Shown piece after piece: positions 51,875-62,421 of a DNA stretch of 62,635 nt. Each line of letters begins with the position of its first letter. The stretch's first letter is position 1. The notes under the pieces are model-generated. The model searched no databases, was not told the origin of the DNA, and saw only the letters and a program-made list of their open reading frames with translations. The stretch covers positions 1-62,635 of the forward strand of contig MRSU01003813.1 of assembly GCA_008369845.1 (NCBI GenBank), written 5' to 3'. The stretch comes from Trichomonas gallinae. Taxonomy: Eukaryota. The translations under genes and the position numbers were made by a program.

Positions 51875-51882
51875 GTCACTTT
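51875..51882 (-). promoter_or_regulatory. AAAGTGAC motif (trichomonad core-promoter motif M2-like)
   Basis: 12-19 nt upstream of ATG 51863; the same motif lies just upstream of the TFIIB ATG. Confidence 0.5.
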
Positions 51883-52046
51883 TTATCAATTCAGGGTTTA
51901 CCACTTAACACCCCCTGTTTTATTTATCAATTTAGGGTCTAATTATTGTCAACCCCTGTTTTAATCAATAATTTAGGGGGTAACACTTTGATTCCCCTGT
52001 TTTATTTAACAAATTAGGGGGTAACCTTTTTTTTAGTTTAGGGGGT
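51881..52046. repeat. 41-bp tandem repeat with CCCCTGTTTTA and TTAGGG(GG) half-units in a divergent promoter
   Basis: CCCCTGTTTTA at 51912, 51953, 51994 (and 52266); T(C/T)AGGG at 51891, 51932, 51973, 52014 (and 52038). Confidence 0.9.
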
Positions 52047-52295
52047 CATACTTTACAAATCCCTTTTTAATTTTCTATTTTGTACTGATAATAAATTTAA
52101 TCTAAAAGAATCATATCATATAGAAAGTAAAAATTTAATTTAGATAGATATATATTATAGGACATATAGTATAAAAATATACTAAAAAGAGTTCTAATAA
52201 ATTAAAGATGAGAAAGAAAAATGAAGAAAATTATGATGAGAAAATTTTGTCACTTTTTAATCCAACCCCTGTTTTAATTTTGATTATTATAGGAA

Positions 52296-54599
52296 ATGAA
52301 ATCAGTTTTAGCGGCTTCAATTGTTATAAACTCACCTGATATTATTGGTGTGTTAGCTAAAAATAGAGATGCAGAATCTGTATCTATCATTTCTGAAGTT
52401 CCAAAACTGCCGGCTGGTGCATTTAAAGAAATGAAAAACCTCAAAACAGTGAATTTGAGGTCAGATTTTAAGGTCATAGAAGAAAAGGCCTTCTTTGAAT
52501 GCAAGAATCTCGTTACTGTACAATTACCTGAAAATTTAATTGAAATCCAAAATGATGCATTCGGAAATTGTGCGTCTCTCAAGGAAATCAATCTCGAAAA
52601 AGTTCAAATTATAGGTGCAAGAGCATTCGCTTCATGTTCCTCTCTTTCAAAAATCGATATTTCATTGTGTTCGATTTTGAATGATGGTTCTTTTAGGCGA
52701 TGCACATCACTTTCCAACATTATCCTCAACAAAGAGCTCACAAAAATACCTGATTACTGCTTTACTATGTGTGAAACTATCAATAGAATTGATTTACCAG
52801 AATCTGTCACTTATCTTGGTGATTCTGCCTTCGAACACTGCGAACAGCTCGGCAAAATCGATATCTCGAACGTTCAAACTATAGGATTCAAGTGTTTCAG
52901 TGAATGTCCAGCTCTAGGAAAATTAATTTTTAAAGATTCAGTTAAAATAGGAATTTCAGCTTTCTTTGCTTGCGAATCTCTCGAAAGTGTTGAGTTTAAA
53001 GGCACATTTTCAGGTGGTATCAGCGCTTTCTTCATGTGCAGACAATTATCCAATGTAACATTACCAAAAGGCGCAGAAATTCCAGATGAAATGTTCATGG
53101 AGTGTGCATCATTGAAAAATATTAAGTTACCAGACGAAATAGAGTCCATTGGAAGTTATTCGTTTACTAATTCAGGATTAAAAGAAGTAAATCTACCTAC
53201 AAACATCAAAAAAATTGGAAAAGCAGCCTTTCAATCGACACATATCACAACAATAACCATACCAACCGGTATAAAAGAGATACAGCCAAAAGCATTCCAC
53301 GGATGCAAGAAATTAACAACAATTCATATTCCGCACATCGCGAACTTTTCTGAATCTGTTTTTGACGGCTGCACATCACTCGCTAGCATAAATTTTGACT
53401 ATACAGGCAATGTTATTGGTAAGTTCGCGTTCCGTGGATGTGAAAATCTTAAATTATTAAATATCGATTTTCAAATCATTAAGAATTTCGCATTTGCTAA
53501 CTGCACTAATGTCGAAGAGATCAATCTTGGCAACACTGTCAAATCTATAGCTTCTTCAGCATTCATTGGCCTTTCATCGCTGAAAAAAATCACAATAAAA
53601 ACACCAGGCTACGAAGTTTCCGATTTAACAGTTATAAAAGATAATGAATTATTCTTTGTTGCAGCAAGTTTGAGCGTTGAAACATTCACTGTTCCACCAA
53701 ACATAGAAAAAATCAGCGATTACTGTTTTTATTCTTGCACAAACATCAAGAATATTATTTTGCACGATAAAATCACATCACTCGGCGTAGCATCATTTAA
53801 ATTAACGAAAATAAAATCAATAAAGCTTCCAACATCTATTACATCTATAGCGAACTCAACATTCGAGATGTCATCAATCCAATCAATCGAAATTCCTAAC
53901 GTTAAAATCAGTTTTGGTGATTATATCTTCAGGCACTCAAAACTCATGAAATTAACAATCCCAGGCGAAGTTAAAACAATCACATCTCACTTTGCATCCT
54001 TCTGCAATAATCTCACAACAGTAAATATGTTGGATGGAGTCACGAAAATAGAGCCGAGAGCTTTCACAGGTTGTACGGAATTAAAACAAATCATTATTCC
54101 TGAAACTGTATCATTCATCGGTGGAGAATCATTCAGCCACTGCACGAGCTTAGCGAATGTCACAGTTATGGGTAATATTGAGATAATGGATCGTAATGTA
54201 TTCGTCGGCTGCACGAAAATCAACAAAATAATTTTCGCAGGAAATATTGAAAAAGTTATGATCCAAAACTATGACATCGCTCTCCAAAACTTTGTTTACT
54301 GCGGAAAAACAAATTTAGCATCAGCTCCACTCAGGTTTGGTGGTAATCCAAATATCACTGTCACCAAGAAATACCCAGCAGATACCCTTGCAGAACTTCA
54401 CGTAAGAGTCGGAAAATGCCCAGTATCTACTCCTCCATGGAAATTAACGAAAAATCATTTGCATTATTTGGTTTTATTTGCTCTGCTTGTTGTTGCCATA
54501 TGGGTGCTTTACGAAGTATTTTCAAATGGCTTGAATATCTTCAATAAGAGATTGAATTATTCTCATCTCCATAATGTCGAACTCGAATCTCAGCCATAA
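52296..54599 (+). CDS. BspA-like (TpLRR) leucine-rich repeat surface protein with C-terminal TM domain
   Basis: More than 20 repeats of IxxxAFxxCxxLxxIxLPxx; TM LVLFALLVVAIWVLY; short cytosolic tail. Confidence 0.95.
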   Translation: MKSVLAASIVINSPDIIGVLAKNRDAESVSIISEVPKLPAGAFKEMKNLKTVNLRSDFKVIEEKAFFECKNLVTVQLPENLIEIQNDAFGNCASLKEINLEKVQIIGARAFASCSSLSKIDISLCSILNDGSFRRCTSLSNIILNKELTKIPDYCFTMCETINRIDLPESVTYLGDSAFEHCEQLGKIDISNVQTIGFKCFSECPALGKLIFKDSVKIGISAFFACESLESVEFKGTFSGGISAFFMCRQLSNVTLPKGAEIPDEMFMECASLKNIKLPDEIESIGSYSFTNSGLKEVNLPTNIKKIGKAAFQSTHITTITIPTGIKEIQPKAFHGCKKLTTIHIPHIANFSESVFDGCTSLASINFDYTGNVIGKFAFRGCENLKLLNIDFQIIKNFAFANCTNVEEINLGNTVKSIASSAFIGLSSLKKITIKTPGYEVSDLTVIKDNELFFVAASLSVETFTVPPNIEKISDYCFYSCTNIKNIILHDKITSLGVASFKLTKIKSIKLPTSITSIANSTFEMSSIQSIEIPNVKISFGDYIFRHSKLMKLTIPGEVKTITSHFASFCNNLTTVNMLDGVTKIEPRAFTGCTELKQIIIPETVSFIGGESFSHCTSLANVTVMGNIEIMDRNVFVGCTKINKIIFAGNIEKVMIQNYDIALQNFVYCGKTNLASAPLRFGGNPNITVTKKYPADTLAELHVRVGKCPVSTPPWKLTKNHLHYLVLFALLVVAIWVLYEVFSNGLNIFNKRLNYSHLHNVELESQP

Positions 54600-55098
54600 T
54601 TTTTATTTTTGTGTGTTATTCTTTTTTGTTATATAAATTAATTACTTGACAAAATAATTAATTTTGAAATTTTATTTGTTTTATTTCTATAAACAAAAAA
54701 CTCCAACAAAACATTTCTCATTGTCAAACAATTTATAAAGAATATAACAGTACAATATTGTATTTTGAAATTTTATCTGTCCTATATTTTGAACAAATCA
54801 TATTGGTAATCCTTTTAATATTGCCTAATAATATATTAAAATATAATAATGGACGTGTTTTATTGTTGATTTATGGTAATAAAAAAAAATGATGTTTTAA
54901 ATTTTGACACTTTACAAATACCGTTATGACTGTTTACATGACAATTTCGTATATATTTGTCAGAAAATTATTTAATTCCGAATTAAGCGGAAATTTTATG
55001 GTTTCTATAATTTATATGACTAAGAAATGCTAAATATCAAACAAAAGCAAATCAAACAGAGCTGTTCAAAAATAACATAACGAACAAAAAAATTTAAA

Positions 55099-56886
55099 AT
55101 GACTACGCTTACTCGTCCTTTAGACTACCGCTATGACCCATACTTCAAAAGTAGCAACATGAGGGTCACTGCGAGGTCTGGGTACAGAGTCCAGCTCCAA
55201 AACACAGATGTTGCCGGATCTGATAGGCCTTTGTTCTTTGCAATGCCAGTTAGGAACGCAACACTCGATGCAAACGCAGATGCACCACCACCAGAAATTA
55301 TTCTTGCAAAAAATCTCACTTATACAGCCGGGCAAGCGGAAAATACAAAGCAACCAAAAGTTGAAGAAGAAACATTCGAGAAAGTTGACATTACAACACA
55401 GACAATGTACAGAGAGTCAGAGGCGCAGACAACTCCGTGGCTCCCTGACACAACAGATCACGTTAAACCGCGCGCATGGTTCGATGAAGAAGAATTAGAA
55501 AACGTTTCACTCGAAGAGCGCCAGAAGAAGCTCGTTGCCCTCGAAGTAGAGCAATGGGCTAAGCGTGAGCGCGCTATCGTCGACTTACAACAGAGACGTC
55601 TTCAACTTCTCGTTAATAATTTCCAAGTTCGCGAAGAAAAGGAAGCTACAAAGCGTCGTGAGCGTGTCGAGGCTGTCCTCAAGGCACGTGAAGAGGAGAG
55701 AAAGAAAGGCGTCGATCGAATCGAAAAGAAACGTCTGAAAGTTCTTCGTACACTCACAGAACAACGTCGTCAAATGACAGCAAAGAAGCACACGAAGCGC
55801 GATATTGTTTCAGATTACGCAGATCGCGGCTCTAGCGCTTATGCTCCATTACGTCGTCAAGGCCGCGCAGATGCCATGTGCTACATGAATCCAGCAGTCT
55901 ACGGCAAGCGTGACGTCACAACAGATGAGTCTCTCGCTGCTCTCGATGAATTAGAAAAATTATATCATCAGACAACAGTTACACCTCTCAAGGCAGAGAA
56001 GACGATGCGCCGCGCAGAGAGGAACCACCAGGAATTCCTCAAAACAGTCGAAAGATCAGTCGACGAAAAGCGCGGCCAAGTCGAGAGAAAAGTTCAGACT
56101 CTCAAGATCGCGCAGAGAATCGAGAAGCCACCGCCACGTCCACCGACACCAGAGTCGAAGCCTGGCGTCGAGAACGACGAGCGCGACATGGCCGTCATCC
56201 TCATCCAGAGGCTCCTCAGAGGCAGAGCATTGCAGTCGGAGATGTACCACTGCCTGGAGAACCAGCGCCAGCTTATCAGAGAACTCAGAACAGTCGAAGC
56301 TCTCAAGGACGCAGAGGAGACAGCAGAAGACGAGAAGGAGAAGGAGATCATTGCTCAGGCGAGAGCACAGCGCGAACAGGCAGCAACGACACAAGGCAAA
56401 GTTGTCGGCGAGATGCTCGCATTCCTCAACCACCAGCTCAAGCGCCGCCTCGAAGAGCGCAGGATAGACGCGATGATGAAGCTCGCCGAGCGCGAGAGAA
56501 GGCGCAGAGAGGCTGAAGAATCTGGCAGAAGAGAAGAAGAGCTCAAGAGACAAGCTATCGAAGATGAAGCATTCAGGAAGGTCATGGGAATCAACTATGA
56601 AACAACTGAATCTTATCTCGAATCAATCATCAACAGATCAATCGAGACAGCTGCCGAAGAACTCGCAACTGCAACAGCCAAGAGAGACGCAGAGAAGATC
56701 ACAAAGTACACATCAACAGCTGCAAACACACACGGCGATGCTGCTATTGTCGCCCGCGACCTCGTCGCCGCTTTCTTGTTCCCAGAGGTAGAGAAGGACT
56801 CTATCAGAAAGAGACTCAGAATAGAGCAAAAGAAGTATCGTAAGGCTGCTGAGGATTCTATAGATGCTATCCGTAACAAGATTTGA
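55099..56886 (+). CDS. CFAP91: Cilia- and flagella-associated protein 91 (MAATS1/AAT-1; radial-spoke-associated)
   Basis: TQTMYRESEAQTTPW, RDIVSDYADRGSSAYAPLRRQG, IQ-like LIQRLLRGRALQSEMY and ERRRREAEESGRR motifs typical of CFAP91. Confidence 0.88.
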   Translation: MTTLTRPLDYRYDPYFKSSNMRVTARSGYRVQLQNTDVAGSDRPLFFAMPVRNATLDANADAPPPEIILAKNLTYTAGQAENTKQPKVEEETFEKVDITTQTMYRESEAQTTPWLPDTTDHVKPRAWFDEEELENVSLEERQKKLVALEVEQWAKRERAIVDLQQRRLQLLVNNFQVREEKEATKRRERVEAVLKAREEERKKGVDRIEKKRLKVLRTLTEQRRQMTAKKHTKRDIVSDYADRGSSAYAPLRRQGRADAMCYMNPAVYGKRDVTTDESLAALDELEKLYHQTTVTPLKAEKTMRRAERNHQEFLKTVERSVDEKRGQVERKVQTLKIAQRIEKPPPRPPTPESKPGVENDERDMAVILIQRLLRGRALQSEMYHCLENQRQLIRELRTVEALKDAEETAEDEKEKEIIAQARAQREQAATTQGKVVGEMLAFLNHQLKRRLEERRIDAMMKLAERERRRREAEESGRREEELKRQAIEDEAFRKVMGINYETTESYLESIINRSIETAAEELATATAKRDAEKITKYTSTAANTHGDAAIVARDLVAAFLFPEVEKDSIRKRLRIEQKKYRKAAEDSIDAIRNKI

Positions 56887-57327
56887 TTTATTTTTTTATT
56901 ATTTATATTTTTTGGTTTAAATATTTATATAATTAGAATTCATCTCCTTTTTACTAAATTTATTCACTCTAATCCTCATAATTCCCTATTTTTGAATAAT
57001 TGAATTTAATCAGGTTATAAAAATGACTTGAGAAAACAATAAATCATATATAATGAATTTTTAAGATTATTATTATAGATTTTGATCGTTTTAAAGCAAG
57101 AAAACAAAATGCTTTTGATTTTCAACAAAGACGTTATATAGTTATATGGTAAAAAGTGAAACTATACTTATATGTATTATGAATCATTGATAATTTGTTA
57201 TACTTGTATTTTTCAAAATCTGCTAAATAAAGTTGAATATGTCATGTAGACAAATTTATGTCAAATTCACGTCAAAACTTAATTTTGTATTATTTTTGAC
57301 AGCATTTTGCCAAAATATTATAAGTTT

Positions 57328-57936
57328 ATGGCGTTCAAGATACAAACAATGGTATTCTTTTCAACAATGTTCGCGATACTCTTCCTCGAGTCCGCGATAT
57401 ATCTAGAATTCAAATATCTCAAAAAATCATTCATTTATCTAGTTTTCATAGAAAGAATGAAATTTATCTTATCAGTGATGTTCATAGTATTGTTCATTGG
57501 CGTTGCTATCGAATTCTTACTATTCTCCGATCCTTCGAACACAAAATACATCTATTATTTCGTATATACAATTTTATCTGGATTCCAGATCGCTATGTTT
57601 GCATATGGATGCGGTTATATAAAATTTGATGAAAGGTTCTTGAAACACAATTGGATTAATTACACATACCAAGAAAAATTCACAGAAATCGAAAAAACTT
57701 TAGATTGCTGTGGATATTCAGATCTTTTAATGACAGCATCAAAGAAATGTTTGCAACCAACAACATGCAAAGAAGTCATGGACAAAGAAAACTATTATAG
57801 ACAAGTTTCGATGATAATTTTATCATTTTCTTCTCTTCTTTTCCAAGTATATAACTATTATGCAATTAAGACAATTGCTGGTACACACAAGGTCAAACCG
57901 AGCGAATTTGAAGACTTAATTGAATCAGCACAATAA
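57328..57936 (+). CDS. Tetraspanin-family protein
   Basis: Four TM segments and a large extracellular loop with CCG (IEKTLDCCGY) plus two further Cys; first ATG at 57328. Confidence 0.82.
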   Translation: MAFKIQTMVFFSTMFAILFLESAIYLEFKYLKKSFIYLVFIERMKFILSVMFIVLFIGVAIEFLLFSDPSNTKYIYYFVYTILSGFQIAMFAYGCGYIKFDERFLKHNWINYTYQEKFTEIEKTLDCCGYSDLLMTASKKCLQPTTCKEVMDKENYYRQVSMIILSFSSLLFQVYNYYAIKTIAGTHKVKPSEFEDLIESAQ

Positions 57937-58495
57937 AATTTGTTTGTTATTCTTTCGCTATAATAGTTTTTATTCTATCTCATAGTTTACCTTTTATATT
58001 CTTTGTTATTTTTTAAGTTTATCGATAAAAATATTTTTATGAAAAAAAATAAGCGTAATTAATGATTTATTAATTAATAATTATATTTATATTATTACAG
58101 TATTAATGAAAATAATGAAGAATTTTAATAATTTCAAAAAAATATTATTTTCCAAAAAATAATTTGCCGAAATCAAGATTGCTGCATTCATTTTGCAATT
58201 AATTTTATCAAGACAGATATACATATTAGCTAAACATCTCATAAATCTTTATTACAATTTTGTTCTTATAATTTTTCACGGGAAACCATCTACAGGCAGC
58301 AAAAACAGAGAAGACTCTTCCAAATAAGATAATTACAAATTGACAATGGCCAGAATATTTTGATTATCGGAAAAATAATCTCAACAATTTCGATTTTTTT
58401 GTTGAATTTAGACATATTTTTATATATCATATCTAAATTTAATATTTTTAGTAGTTTTTTTAGTCTATTTATCGTTGCAAAAAAAAAAAAAATAA

Positions 58496-59488
58496 ATGCG
58501 AGCAAAGACAATTCCTCAGCGTCAAATTAACAGGGCGCAGAATGTGACAGTACCACAGAATACAGCTGCGTATACAGTATTGTCGCAGATAGGTTCTGGA
58601 ACGTTTGGCAGTATTTTTGCAATACAGCTGAATGATGGAACCAAGCTAGCGCTTAAAAAAGTACGTCAGGACCCGAAGTATAAAAACAGAGAGCTTTCTA
58701 TAATAAGCAAAATCAAGCATCCCAATTGTCTCGCTTTTATTGCATCGGATATTAAGTACGAAGGCGAAAATCACGACCAAGAGTATTTATATCTATTTAC
58801 AGATTTATTGCCAATAGATTTACACAAACATCTTCGAAAGTTCAAATACATCACAATCGACTTAGCAAAAATATTTGGTTATCAGTTATTTAATGGCCTC
58901 GACTATTTACACAAGAATAATATTACACATCGTGATATCAAATCATCGAATGTTTTAGTGGATCCTGATACAGGCAGACTTGAAATTTGCGATTTTGGAT
59001 CTGCTAAGGAATTGAGGCCAAACGAAGTTAGTGTGTCATATATTTCGACAAGATCATACAGAGCACCCGAACTCCTATACAATTCGGAGTTTTACACATC
59101 TAAGATTGATGTTTGGGCAGCTGGTTGTGTCTTGTCTGAAATGTTCAAGTCAGGCGAGGAAATATTCCACGCTGATTCGAACGAGAACTTAAAAAATGTT
59201 ATCATCAAATATATTGGCACACCAACAGAACAAGATTTCCAAGCAATGGGCTTAAAATGCCAGCTTGGATACAGATATAAAGGAGAAGGTATAGAGAGGG
59301 CGTTCCCACAACCGCTTGATCCATTGCTGCTCGATCTTCTCAAACATATTTTTGTTTTTTCGCCAATTGCAAGATACAATGCAGAGCAGGTGAAAAATCA
59401 TCCATTTTTCGAAGTGGTAAGAAGAGGTCAGGCACGATTACCAAATGGATCATATTTTCAAGTAAGTACTGTTAATCCATCATATTAA
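58496..59488 (+). CDS. CMGC protein kinase, GSK3 family
   Basis: GSGTFG, KKVRQDPKYKNREL, HRDIKSSNVL, CDFGSAK, VSYISTRSYRAPEL. Confidence 0.93.
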   Translation: MRAKTIPQRQINRAQNVTVPQNTAAYTVLSQIGSGTFGSIFAIQLNDGTKLALKKVRQDPKYKNRELSIISKIKHPNCLAFIASDIKYEGENHDQEYLYLFTDLLPIDLHKHLRKFKYITIDLAKIFGYQLFNGLDYLHKNNITHRDIKSSNVLVDPDTGRLEICDFGSAKELRPNEVSVSYISTRSYRAPELLYNSEFYTSKIDVWAAGCVLSEMFKSGEEIFHADSNENLKNVIIKYIGTPTEQDFQAMGLKCQLGYRYKGEGIERAFPQPLDPLLLDLLKHIFVFSPIARYNAEQVKNHPFFEVVRRGQARLPNGSYFQVSTVNPSY

Positions 59489-59901
59489 GTTACTCTCAAA
59501 CTTTCTTTTATGTGTTATATTATTTCAAATAAAGCTGTTCATATAATTAAAATCATATTTTATCAAAGAATTATTAAATATCTAAAGAATTATTGTAAAA
59601 AGTTGAAGAGCTTTATCTTATCAATGATGAAAATGCTATATTAGATTGTATATGACATTATTTATATATTTGTAAAGAGTGATAAAAATTTTTGATAGAA
59701 TCATCATCAAATTAATATAATATATAGTTGTATGATATATACCATCTAAAAATAAGTAATTTAGTTATGAGAACATTAATTCACGACAATAAACATCCTA
59801 GGTTAATATTTTCGCTCAAAAACTATAAATTTTATTGAATCACTGATTAAATAAAGGATGTAACTTGAATTTCGACTGCATGGTTTCCTTTATTTATAAA
59901 A

Positions 59902-61021
59902 CTATTCTTTATTTAAATCTTCGGATGGTGTCTCAGATCTTTTGCGGAAAACGAAGAAATAGAAAGCAGTACAAGCAGCAGCAACGATGAGCAATATGAC
60001 AATGACAATTGCTGCAGTGGCGCCACCGCCCAAGCATTTCTTAGGTGGAGGCGTTGGCTGCTTCTTGACTTCAATTTTGCTGTTTCTTTGGTTAACTGAT
60101 TCTGGTTCTACCATATTCTTGCTCAAGGTCTTTGGCCACAAACGCGGAGCCACTTGTTGGAATTCTTCCGATAATTTCTTGGAGAATCCTATTTTCGTCA
60201 TCTTCAGTTGAAAATGTTGCTTTAATTGAAAGAGACACACAGTGTAATTGGAAATCTTTTCATCAGAAAGTTGGAATACGTATCTACCATATGTTTCAGA
60301 TGTTTTTTCATAAATTGTTTCTCCGTTGTGTGTGATTTTCATATTAGATATTCTTTGACTAAGATAGTTGAAGGATGCTTTATAATAACCAATTACATCA
60401 TCACATTGAGTCTTATACTTTGTATTAAGTGCCTGAATAATATCTTTGATTGAGATTGTTTCGCCCGTTCATTTTTGCCTTTGCCAAGTTTGCTATTATG
60501 ATGACTGATTTGCTTTTTTATAAATTTTCCGGATGATTCATCCTCAGATTTTTTGCCAATCTTTTTATCAAAATCAATATATGAAATGTTCAAACCCCAG
60601 TCTGTAGAATATAGTTAATACTACATTTCTTTATCCTCATCTTGACACTTTATACTTTCAGAATAAGTCGTATTATATTGTTAAGGCACAGTTATGTTTG
60701 GAATCCAATTAAGTCACCCGTTCTTAACACATGTTCTTGAATAGATATTATTGTTCCATTTGCACGCATGGTCAAGTTTCCACGTCTTCCATTTTTACAG
60801 TCAGGACCGGCTACAGACCATCCTCTTAGTATTGTTTTAGGCTCAATTGGTCTTGGATGTGGAATTGCGTAAACTGGATTTTTTTCGTATTTAATAGAGG
60901 ATGAACTGGATTGGCTTCTATTGTAAAATGTTTTGAATGTAAAAATGGACCCAACACCGCAAAACAATGCATGTTTTAACAAAATAAATTGAGAAGGAAA
61001 ATAAAAATATGATGAATACAC
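59902..61021 (-). pseudogene. Disrupted type I membrane surface-protein gene
   Basis: Typical trichomonad anchor (PTPPPKK-CLGGGATAAIVIVILLIVAAACTAFYFFVF-RKR). Upstream coding-like sequence is spread over several frames with in-frame stops (VP*QYN, EM*Y*LYS, QK*TGE). The 5' boundary is uncertain. Confidence 0.7.
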
Positions 61022-61465
61022 ATAACATTATATGTCGCTTCATAATATTAAAGAAATTTTGAAATTCAGTTTTATTGATTTTTGACAAATTTTATCATAA
61101 TGATTTTTAAATAAAATGAGTTTATGATATGCCATCAATATGATCCAATAAACCATATGTGTATTATCTGGATCGAATACTAGTGTTTTTGTTAAATTTC
61201 AAAATTGAATTTTGTTTTTTGCTTGTAATAAATAATAAAATTGTTAAAAGAAAATTGAGTTGATGAATATCCATATGTGATTTAGTTTCCATTGAACGAT
61301 TCTAATTCAAAATTAATTTTCCGAGCGAAATGCATTTGAATGATGATTATATTTAACCTGCATAAAGTGCAGTTATCGTATTAATTCTAATTTTATTGAA
61401 AAGTAAACAAAAAATAAAATAATATAATATTTGTGTAAAAATTCAAATAATTAAAGGTCAAATAA

Positions 61466-62410
61466 TTACTTACCAGCTTTTTCGATAACTTCAGCAACTT
61501 CTGGAATACGATTGATTTGTTCTTTAAGGCCGTTCAAATCTTTATAAATTTTTGAGATTGTAGTAAGCGTTTTGCCAACAAGAGTAGCAATATCTTCATT
61601 TGGTTTTTGCATATCTGGTCTCAATATTGAGTTAATATATAAAATTAAACCACCAGCAACTGTTTCTGGTGTCTGACCGTCGAAAAGATGCCATGATTCA
61701 ACAGCTCTACCGAGAGAAAGAGCAGCATCGTAAATATACGGCGGAAATCCAAGCTTTTTCGAATCGAATTTTGCAAGTTCTGCAGCAGAAACGGTAATTT
61801 TGAGTGTTTGGAGATCAGAAAGACTCTTGTATGTATTATCGAAGTCCTTCTTTGTGATTCCTTGGCATTGTTCGAGAACATCATCTAACGTTCTTGATTG
61901 TTCGTTTTTAATACATGAATAGTAAATGCAAACGGCATCAATTGCCATTTTCTTCTGATTCTTGATAAGGCCGGCGTCAAGAGCTTCTTTGTAGATGCTT
62001 TGTGCACCGGTGATAATTGATTTACTTAATTTAAGATCGTCACCGAGCTGTTGGATTCTCTTCATAGCTTTCTTTAAGTTTACAAGCTTTGGATCTTGTG
62101 TCATTCGTCTCTGTATTTCGTTAAATTCTTTAGAACGCTTTGTTCCCTTTAATTCGATACCTGTTCCGAGGTCAGAAGCATTTGCATCACCCGAATAACT
62201 TGATCGGGACTTATCTTTGACACCGTGTTCAACTGCGAAGTTACGATATTCGGATGTTTCATCATAAAGTGGAGTTTTCGCGCAAACACCGCAAATGGTA
62301 CAAACAAGTTGGCCAGCTTTGTCGTTGACTATCATTGTGTATTTTCTGCAGTGCGGGCATTCGTATATGTTTTTTGTTGAGTCCTTTCGTGGGATAAAAG
62401 TTTTCATCAT
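61466..62410 (-). CDS. TFIIB: Transcription initiation factor TFIIB
   Basis: Zn ribbon CPHC...LVCTICG, B-reader SEYRNF, two cyclin-like repeats (AVCIYYSC...SRTLDDV; GQTPETVAGG); 314 aa with no BRF C-terminal extension. Confidence 0.88.
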   Translation of the reverse strand: MMKTFIPRKDSTKNIYECPHCRKYTMIVNDKAGQLVCTICGVCAKTPLYDETSEYRNFAVEHGVKDKSRSSYSGDANASDLGTGIELKGTKRSKEFNEIQRRMTQDPKLVNLKKAMKRIQQLGDDLKLSKSIITGAQSIYKEALDAGLIKNQKKMAIDAVCIYYSCIKNEQSRTLDDVLEQCQGITKKDFDNTYKSLSDLQTLKITVSAAELAKFDSKKLGFPPYIYDAALSLGRAVESWHLFDGQTPETVAGGLILYINSILRPDMQKPNEDIATLVGKTLTTISKIYKDLNGLKEQINRIPEVAEVIEKAGK

Positions 62411-62413
62411 TTT

Positions 62414-62421
62414 GTCACTTT
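62414..62421 (-). promoter_or_regulatory. AAAGTGAC motif (M2-like) immediately upstream of TFIIB
   Basis: The minus strand reads AAAAAGTGACAAAATGATG into the start codon. Confidence 0.5.

Noticed and set aside
51932..52043. TTAGGG hexamers as interstitial telomere
   Set aside because: They are isolated hexamers inside a 41-bp unit, not tandem telomeric repeats.
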